From NCBI GenBank assembly GCA_963699755.1, contig CAVOVB010000002.1, forward strand, positions 32,001-96,000: 64,000 nucleotides of DNA, given 5' to 3'. The notes under the pieces are model-generated. The model saw only the letters and a list, made by a program, of their open reading frames with translations. It was not told the DNA's origin and made no database searches. A program made the position numbers and the translations under genes. This document shows positions 57,970 to 64,000 of this stretch, one piece after another (the stretch's first letter is position 1; each line of letters opens with the position of its first letter). The DNA is from an uncultured delta proteobacterium. Its GTDB lineage: Bacteria; Myxococcota_A; Polyangia; Polyangiales; Houyiibacteriaceae.

Positions 57970-59871
57970 ATGAGCCATCTCATCCCTCTCCCGGAGCACA
58001 CGGTCGAAATCGTTAGCGACGCCGGCGAAGGTGCGCAAAAAGCAGCCATTGCCTTCGCCCAGCTCTGCGCCAAAGCGGGCAACGGCCTTTGGACCGTGGA
58101 GATCATCCCCTCGGAGATCCGTCCCCCGCCTCATACGATCGGAAGCGCGAGCGGCAATCGCATTCGCCTGGCCGAGCGTAGCAAGGTCACCAATGCCGGT
58201 AACCGAGCGAACGTGGTCCTTGCCTTCAACGAAATGGCCTTGCTCTCGCGGCTCGAAGCAGGAAGTCTCGCCGACGATGTTCTCGTGCTGATCGACGATC
58301 ACTGGGCGACTCATGATGACGAGCGGTACCGGATCTCCTACCGCGAGGTGCTCGACAAAGTCCGTTCGCGTGGCGCGACCATCCGCGAGGTACCGCTGGA
58401 AAGGGAAACCATGCGCCACGCCGAAGATGCACAACAGGGCAAGAACATGTTCGCGGTGGGCCTCCTGTGCGCCCTCTACAACAAGGACATGGACGTGCTC
58501 GACGATGTGATTCGCGGCATCTTCAAGGGCAAAGCCCGCGAGGTGATCGAGCTAGCCGTAAGGCTCGCAGACGCCGGCTACCAATACGGAGTCAAACACT
58601 TCGAACAACGCTTCGAAATCCAGGCTGTGCCGACAGACATCCCGAAAGTAGCCATGAACGGGAACACCGCGCTCGCGCTGGGCGCCGTCTCGGCCGGATT
58701 TGAGATCTGCTCCATGTATCCGATCACCCCAGCGACCTCTGCTTCACATGAATTGTCGGGGATTTTCGAAGATTTCGGCGGCTTCGTCCATCAGGCCGAG
58801 GACGAGATCGCCGCGATTGGGGTGGCGCTTGGAGCATCCTACGCCGGAAAGACCGCGCTGACCATCACCTCAGGGCCGGGCATGGCCTTGAAGACCGAGT
58901 TTCAGGGCTTGGCCGTGATGACCGAGACACCGCTCGTCATCGTCGATGTTCAGCGGGGCGGACCCAGCACCGGCTTACCCACGAAGATCGAGCAGTCGGA
59001 TCTGCTTCATGCGCTCTACGGCGCGCCAGGGGACGCACCCAAAGTGGTGATCGCGCCGAGCACGATCGAAGAGTGTTATTATATTCTTTCGCTCGCCCGG
59101 AAGATCGCCGAGGAATTCCGCATGCTCGTCATCGTCCTTTCAGATGCGAATCTCGCGACCGGTCAGCAGCTTTTCGATCGTCCCGATGTCTCCCAAACAC
59201 CGCGACGGCCCCCGCTCGACCTGAGCCCGGTGCCGCTCGGAACCCTTCCGTACGATTGGGATCCCACGACCGGCCTTTCGCAGCGCCTGATCCCTGGGCA
59301 ACCAGGGGGAATGGGCGTGACGACCTCGCTCAACCACGACCGGAACGGAAAGGCCTGCTATGACGCCGAGCGCAACCAACGCGGTCACAGCATGCGGAGC
59401 CGAAAGCTAGCGGCACTACAACAAAGCCTGAACGCGCCGAGCGTGCATGGGCCGCCCGAAGGCGACCTCCTCCTCGTGGGTTGGGGCAGCACGCGGGGAG
59501 CGATCGAGGAAGCCGTCGACATAGCGCGCGGCGAAGGCCTCGCGGTTTCCTCCGTCCACCTTCAGTTCCTGAGTCCCCTGCCCCCCGGGCTCCGCGAGAT
59601 CTTCGCAGGTTTTCGCCAGATCATCACCGTCGAGCTGAACTACAGCGACGATTGGGAGGACCCTTTGATTACAAAGGAAAACCGTCGATACGGCCAGTTG
59701 GCATGGATCCTCCGCGCCGCCACCCTGCTCGACATCGACTGCTACGCCAAGGTCCCCGGTCGGCCCTACATGCCGGTGGAAATCATGGACGAAATCAAAC
59801 GTATCCTGGGCAATCAATCGGGAATCGAAAGCCCGGCTGAGACCTTCCCAGCCATTGCGGGAGCCAATTAA
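57970..59871 (+). CDS. korA: 2-oxoacid:ferredoxin oxidoreductase alpha subunit (gamma-alpha fusion)
   Basis: DAGEGAQ, KNMFAVG, YPITPAT, QAEDEIAA, TSGPG, VQRGGPSTGLPTK and VGWGST. Confidence 0.92.
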   Translation: MSHLIPLPEHTVEIVSDAGEGAQKAAIAFAQLCAKAGNGLWTVEIIPSEIRPPPHTIGSASGNRIRLAERSKVTNAGNRANVVLAFNEMALLSRLEAGSLADDVLVLIDDHWATHDDERYRISYREVLDKVRSRGATIREVPLERETMRHAEDAQQGKNMFAVGLLCALYNKDMDVLDDVIRGIFKGKAREVIELAVRLADAGYQYGVKHFEQRFEIQAVPTDIPKVAMNGNTALALGAVSAGFEICSMYPITPATSASHELSGIFEDFGGFVHQAEDEIAAIGVALGASYAGKTALTITSGPGMALKTEFQGLAVMTETPLVIVDVQRGGPSTGLPTKIEQSDLLHALYGAPGDAPKVVIAPSTIEECYYILSLARKIAEEFRMLVIVLSDANLATGQQLFDRPDVSQTPRRPPLDLSPVPLGTLPYDWDPTTGLSQRLIPGQPGGMGVTTSLNHDRNGKACYDAERNQRGHSMRSRKLAALQQSLNAPSVHGPPEGDLLLVGWGSTRGAIEEAVDIARGEGLAVSSVHLQFLSPLPPGLREIFAGFRQIITVELNYSDDWEDPLITKENRRYGQLAWILRAATLLDIDCYAKVPGRPYMPVEIMDEIKRILGNQSGIESPAETFPAIAGAN

Positions 59872-59873
59872 CG

Positions 59874-60830
59874 ATGTCTATGCTCGCTGAACTATGCGTC
59901 ATCGAGAGCGGAGCCGCCGATCCGCACACCCTCGACGAGTACGAATCAGAGACGCCGCGCTGGTGCAAGGGATGCGGAGATCATGGAGTGCTCGCGGCGC
60001 TTCAGCGCGTGCTCCGCAAGAACAACCTCGATCCAGAGGACGTGGTCTCCGTTTCCGGCATCGGATGTTCGAGCCGCCTGCCCCACTACCTCAACACCTA
60101 CGGTTTTCACGGCATCCACGGCCGTGCTCTCCCGATCTCCACGGGCGTGCGCCTCGCCCGTCCCGAGCTGCCGGTCGTCGTGATCATGGGCGATGGGGAC
60201 TGCTTCAGCATCGGCGGCAACCATTGGCTGCACGCGATCCGCTACAACATCAACGCAGTCGTGCTGGTGCTCGACAACGAGGTTTACGCGCTCACCAAGA
60301 TGCAGGTATCGCCCACCACGCCGGACGGGTGGAAAACCAACACCACCCCGCATGGCACCTACCTTCAGCCCATGAACCCTCTCAGTGTGGTGATGGGGAT
60401 GACCAATGTCTCATTCCTCGCCCAGACCGCGACCTGGCTGCCCGCGCACCTCGACGAGACGATCGAAAAGGCCTGGGAGCACCATGGCCTTTCGTTCGTC
60501 CGGATCCTGCAGCGTTGCCCGGTGTTCATGCCCAAAGCCTTCGGCGATGGCGGGTTGAACTTCCCGGTCGTGTTTCTCGAGCACGAAGACGGCATCCCGG
60601 TCCACCCCTTGCTACTCAAGCGCGGCGCCACTCGAGCGCACAATCATCGCGACATCAACGAAGCTCAGCGCGTTGCGGTGTCTGTCGACCCCGCTCCCAT
60701 GGGCCTGCTGTACCGCAATCCCGATGTTCCAACCTACGAGGAGATTCGATGGAACCGCCAGGAACGGCCAGATCATCGGACCTTCGTCGAGCGGTTGGAT
60801 GCCCTGATGGACCGTTATACCGTTAGCTGA
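59874..60830 (+). CDS. korB: 2-oxoacid:ferredoxin oxidoreductase beta subunit
   Basis: WCKGCGD, SGIGCSSR, HGRALP, TPP motif GDGD...DN, SPTT and QRCP. Confidence 0.92.
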   Translation: MSMLAELCVIESGAADPHTLDEYESETPRWCKGCGDHGVLAALQRVLRKNNLDPEDVVSVSGIGCSSRLPHYLNTYGFHGIHGRALPISTGVRLARPELPVVVIMGDGDCFSIGGNHWLHAIRYNINAVVLVLDNEVYALTKMQVSPTTPDGWKTNTTPHGTYLQPMNPLSVVMGMTNVSFLAQTATWLPAHLDETIEKAWEHHGLSFVRILQRCPVFMPKAFGDGGLNFPVVFLEHEDGIPVHPLLLKRGATRAHNHRDINEAQRVAVSVDPAPMGLLYRNPDVPTYEEIRWNRQERPDHRTFVERLDALMDRYTVS

Positions 60831-60835
60831 TCTCC

Positions 60836-62329
60836 GTGTCGGTCATGCAAGAGCAGATCCTCCAAGCCGTCGACGATGTCTGTCGCGATCAGTGCGCCGC
60901 CCTCGAAGTTGCTCTTGCCGAGACCATCTCCGAGGTGCAAAACGTCCTTCGTCTCGACGAGCACCATCGTCATGGGCACGATCCCGACCAGCTCGAGCGC
61001 GCGCTCGGGCCCTTTGCCGCGACCAATCTCAACGTCGGTTCCTTATCCCGGGTCCTCGGCGCCGGCACACGCTCACGGGCAATGGCGCCCGCTCGGCTCA
61101 AACGCGTGCAGGAGCTGCTCCCGACGCTCGGCGAAATGAAGGAGGCCTGTGCGACGAGTCTGCGCAGCTGCGCCTCCGTCGACATCGACAAAGAGGAAAA
61201 CGAAATCCGGGAGCTTGCGGAGGAACACCTCAATCGGGTCGCGGGAGTTCTTCGGGCCTTGCGCATCGCACAATTGGAGATCCGTTCCAAGTACGTATCG
61301 GAAACCCATGACGCCGTCTTCGCCGAGTTCAGCTGGCGCCAGCTCGGACCCGAGGAGCTCCGCCTCTGTCCTCCCTTTGTGCTCATCGCTCGTCTCAAGG
61401 AGGACAGCAGCGCGCAACTGCTCAAAATGATGTCGCTGCTCGAGAGCGGCATGCCAATCAAGATCGCGGCCCTCCGCTCGAGTTTGCGCCAGGGCTATGC
61501 CTCGGGCCTAGACATCAGCGTACCGCCCATGATGACCATCGAAACACTGCCACTGGCGATGCGTGGCGTCTACTTGCTGCAGAGCTGTGTGGCCGACCCT
61601 GATTTTCAGACGCGGCTATCTGAGGGCTTGAGCGCCCCGCGGCCCGGCGTCATTTCGGTCCTCTGCCCAAGGGACGACGAGGAGCAGGCTGCTTTCCAGG
61701 GTCGCGCCGAACGCGCCGTGCGCTCCAGGGCCTTTCCGATCTGCCTTTACGATCCGGACCACGCCAGCGGTTTCGTGACGTGCATTGACTTGTCTGCGAA
61801 TCCGTCACCAGACAAGGTTTGGATCAACGAAACGCTCTCGGGCCGTGACGCGCAAGGGAGCGCCGTCGAAATCGACGAGCCCTTCACCTTTGCCCACTTC
61901 GCCGCCTCGGAGCCGGAGTTCGCTGCGGAGCTGACCGCCCCGCCGGCGGTTGCCGATCGCCTAGTCCCCATGACGGACTATCTGGAGTTCTCGCGACGGC
62001 AGCGGCTCGGCAAGCTTCCCTTCATCTCGCTCCTCGCGAAAGACGGCAGCATCGTTCGCAAAGTCGTTTCGCCGATGATGGTCCTACAGTGCTCAGATCG
62101 CATTCACCTCTGGCGCACCCTTCAGGAAATCTCCGGCATCGACAATCCGCATGTGAACGCCACCCGCACCACCCTGCGAAGTGAATTCGCCGCTGAACAA
62201 GAAGCGCAGCTCAAGAGCCAGCAGCTAGAGCTGGAGAAGGACGCTGCACGCCGCGAGCAGGCCGCTGTCGTTTCAGCGGTTCGCAAGCTGGTTGTCAGTC
62301 TCAGTGGGGTTGAGCCCTCCGACAGCTGA
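60836..62329 (+). CDS. Hypothetical protein containing a degenerate PFOR C-terminal (TPP-type) domain and a C-terminal coiled coil
   Basis: LCPP, LLESGMPIKI, VYLLQS, AVRSRAFPICLYDP, LSANP, PFTFAHFAASE and WRTLQEISG echo the PFOR C-terminus; no GDG motif. Confidence 0.7.
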   Translation: MSVMQEQILQAVDDVCRDQCAALEVALAETISEVQNVLRLDEHHRHGHDPDQLERALGPFAATNLNVGSLSRVLGAGTRSRAMAPARLKRVQELLPTLGEMKEACATSLRSCASVDIDKEENEIRELAEEHLNRVAGVLRALRIAQLEIRSKYVSETHDAVFAEFSWRQLGPEELRLCPPFVLIARLKEDSSAQLLKMMSLLESGMPIKIAALRSSLRQGYASGLDISVPPMMTIETLPLAMRGVYLLQSCVADPDFQTRLSEGLSAPRPGVISVLCPRDDEEQAAFQGRAERAVRSRAFPICLYDPDHASGFVTCIDLSANPSPDKVWINETLSGRDAQGSAVEIDEPFTFAHFAASEPEFAAELTAPPAVADRLVPMTDYLEFSRRQRLGKLPFISLLAKDGSIVRKVVSPMMVLQCSDRIHLWRTLQEISGIDNPHVNATRTTLRSEFAAEQEAQLKSQQLELEKDAARREQAAVVSAVRKLVVSLSGVEPSDS

Positions 62330-62425
62330 GGAAGCCAAGCCTTTCGAACGCGTCTTGCCCCGCGCTGCCCATCTGCTTAGATGGGGCAAACGCACCCTAC
62401 GCGTTCATACCTGCCGAGGTCACCC

Positions 62426-63769
62426 ATGCTCGACACCCTCGTCCGACACACCAGTGTTCTGGAGATCATCGGTGATGTAATCCGGGTCCGGGCTAGAGGC
62501 GTGGCTCTCGGGGATCTTGCGCTGGTGGAGAACAGGGGCGGTGAGGTGTCCAGTGCCAGCGTCGTCGAGTTGAACCGGGACATCGTGAGCCTTCAAGTGT
62601 TCTCCGGCGGCAAGGGCATCTCTACCGATGCCCGGGTTCGGTTCCTTGGACATCCCCAGCAGGTGACCTTTTCCAACCACATTCTGGGCCGGATCTTCCG
62701 GGGCTCGGGCGAGGCCATCGATGGTAAGCCGCCGCTGGACGCAGAGGAGAAGATCCCGGTGGCGGGCCCCACGGTGAACCCGATGATGCGGGTGGTGCCA
62801 TCGAAGATGATCGAAACGGAAGTTCCCATGATCGATCTCTTCAACAGTCTGGTGGAGAGCCAGAAGATTCCGATCTTCTCGGTGGCGGGCGAGCCGTACA
62901 ATGCCCTCCTGGCACGCATCGGCTTCCAAGCAGACGCTGACATCGTCGTCTTTGCAGGACTGGGACTGATCTTCGATGATTTCCACTTCTTCAAGACTGC
63001 CTTCGAGGACAACGGGGTCTCTCATCGCACTGTCATGTATGTGAACCTGGCCTCGGATCCGATCATCGAACGCTTGCTCGTACCGGACATGGCGGTGGCG
63101 GTCGCCGAGCGGTTCGCCATGGAGCACTCCAAGCGGGTCCTCGTGCTGATGACCGACATGACGGCCTATGCCGACGCCATGAAGGAGATCGGCGTGTCGC
63201 AGTCCCGGATCCCGGCCACGCGGGGCTATTTGGGCGACCTGTACACACAGCTCGCTCGTCGGTACGAAAAAGCGTGCGACTTCAAAGGAGCCGGCTCGGT
63301 CACGATCCTCACGGTCACCACCATGCCGGGCAACGACGTGACCCACCCCGTGCCCGACAACACCGGTTACATCACCGAGGGACAGTTCTACTTGCACGAT
63401 GGGGTCATCGATCCATTCGGCTCGCTGTCGCGCCTAAAGCAGCACGTCGTTGGGAAAGTCACGCGGGAGGATCATGGCCAGATCATGAACACCATGGTGC
63501 GCTTCTACGCCGCCGCACGGGAAGCCGAGCAAAAACAGGCCATGGCCTTCGAGCTATCGGACTTCGATATGAAGCTTCTGAAGTTCGGAGACCTGTTTCG
63601 GCGCCGGTTCATGGACGTGGACGTCTCTTTGCCTCTGTTGAAGGCGCTCGACTTGAGTTGGCGCACCCTCGCCGAGTGCTTCGCGTCGCACGAGCTTCTC
63701 ATGAAGCAGGACCTCGTTGATCGCTACTTCCCGGACTTGGGAAACGAAGACACGGAAAAGGTCAGCTGA
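62426..63769 (+). CDS. ntpB: V/A-type ATP synthase subunit B
   Basis: GAGGT RBS; SLQVF, SQKIPIFS, VLMTDMTAYADA, GYLGDLY and THPVPDNTGYITEGQ. Confidence 0.95.
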   Translation: MLDTLVRHTSVLEIIGDVIRVRARGVALGDLALVENRGGEVSSASVVELNRDIVSLQVFSGGKGISTDARVRFLGHPQQVTFSNHILGRIFRGSGEAIDGKPPLDAEEKIPVAGPTVNPMMRVVPSKMIETEVPMIDLFNSLVESQKIPIFSVAGEPYNALLARIGFQADADIVVFAGLGLIFDDFHFFKTAFEDNGVSHRTVMYVNLASDPIIERLLVPDMAVAVAERFAMEHSKRVLVLMTDMTAYADAMKEIGVSQSRIPATRGYLGDLYTQLARRYEKACDFKGAGSVTILTVTTMPGNDVTHPVPDNTGYITEGQFYLHDGVIDPFGSLSRLKQHVVGKVTREDHGQIMNTMVRFYAAAREAEQKQAMAFELSDFDMKLLKFGDLFRRRFMDVDVSLPLLKALDLSWRTLAECFASHELLMKQDLVDRYFPDLGNEDTEKVS

Positions 63770-63772
63770 AGC

Positions 63773-64000
63773 ATGGCTCGATTGAAACTGAGCAAGGCGT
63801 CGCTACAGCAGGAGCTGGTCAAGCTCAAGCTCTACGAGAAGCTCCTTCCTTCTCTAGAGCTCAAGCGCAGGCAGCTGACCATCGAGCTGGACAAGGCCCG
63901 CAAGGAGTACGCAGCGACGCGGGCCGAGGTTGAGCTCTTGGAGACGCGGGTGGGGGCGGAGCTGCCCATGCTGGCCAACACGGAGATCGAGCTCAGGGGT
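63773..64000 (+). CDS. ntpD: V/A-type ATP synthase subunit D, 3' partial
   Basis: MARLKLSKASLQQELVKLKLYEKLLPSLELKRRQL directly after subunit B; runs off the window. Confidence 0.88.
   Translation, partial: MARLKLSKASLQQELVKLKLYEKLLPSLELKRRQLTIELDKARKEYAATRAEVELLETRVGAELPMLANTEIELRG

Overview
GC-rich bacterial chromosome segment. The many Cys-rich lipoproteins with Gly/Thr linkers and PSCyt1-type cytochromes suggest a Myxococcota (Polyangiales-like) genome; this is inference. Contents from left to right: (1) 1-14.3 kb is a lipoprotein-dense accessory region with two c-type cytochrome lipoproteins, a CotA-like multicopper oxidase, a TetR/OsmC/MAPEG unit, an IS110 remnant and an isolated tmRNA 3' fragment that looks like an island attachment scar. 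(2) 14.6-35.5 kb holds catabolic and transport genes: arylsulfatase, alkyl sulfatase, MacAB-like ABC system, ADH, MBL hydrolase, a decayed large gene plus a frameshifted MscS, CorA, a eukaryote-type GT3 glycogen synthase and GabD. (3) 35.5-57.6 kb is a ~22 kb exopolysaccharide locus resembling Vibrio syp. It has a GT2-priming transferase fusion, a STAS protein without the usual phospho-Ser, a minimal BY-kinase-like protein, a sigma54 activator and a full-length GlmS paralog lacking both catalytic residues. Four sigma54 -24/-12 promoters and paired palindromic enhancer-like sites can be read directly from the sequence. (4) 58-64 kb is an apparent operon of 2-oxoacid:ferredoxin oxidoreductase alpha/beta, a degenerate PFOR-domain protein and V/A-type ATPase subunits B and D (cut by the window end). 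No rRNA, intact tRNA or CRISPR array was seen. All family assignments come from motif recognition, not database searches.
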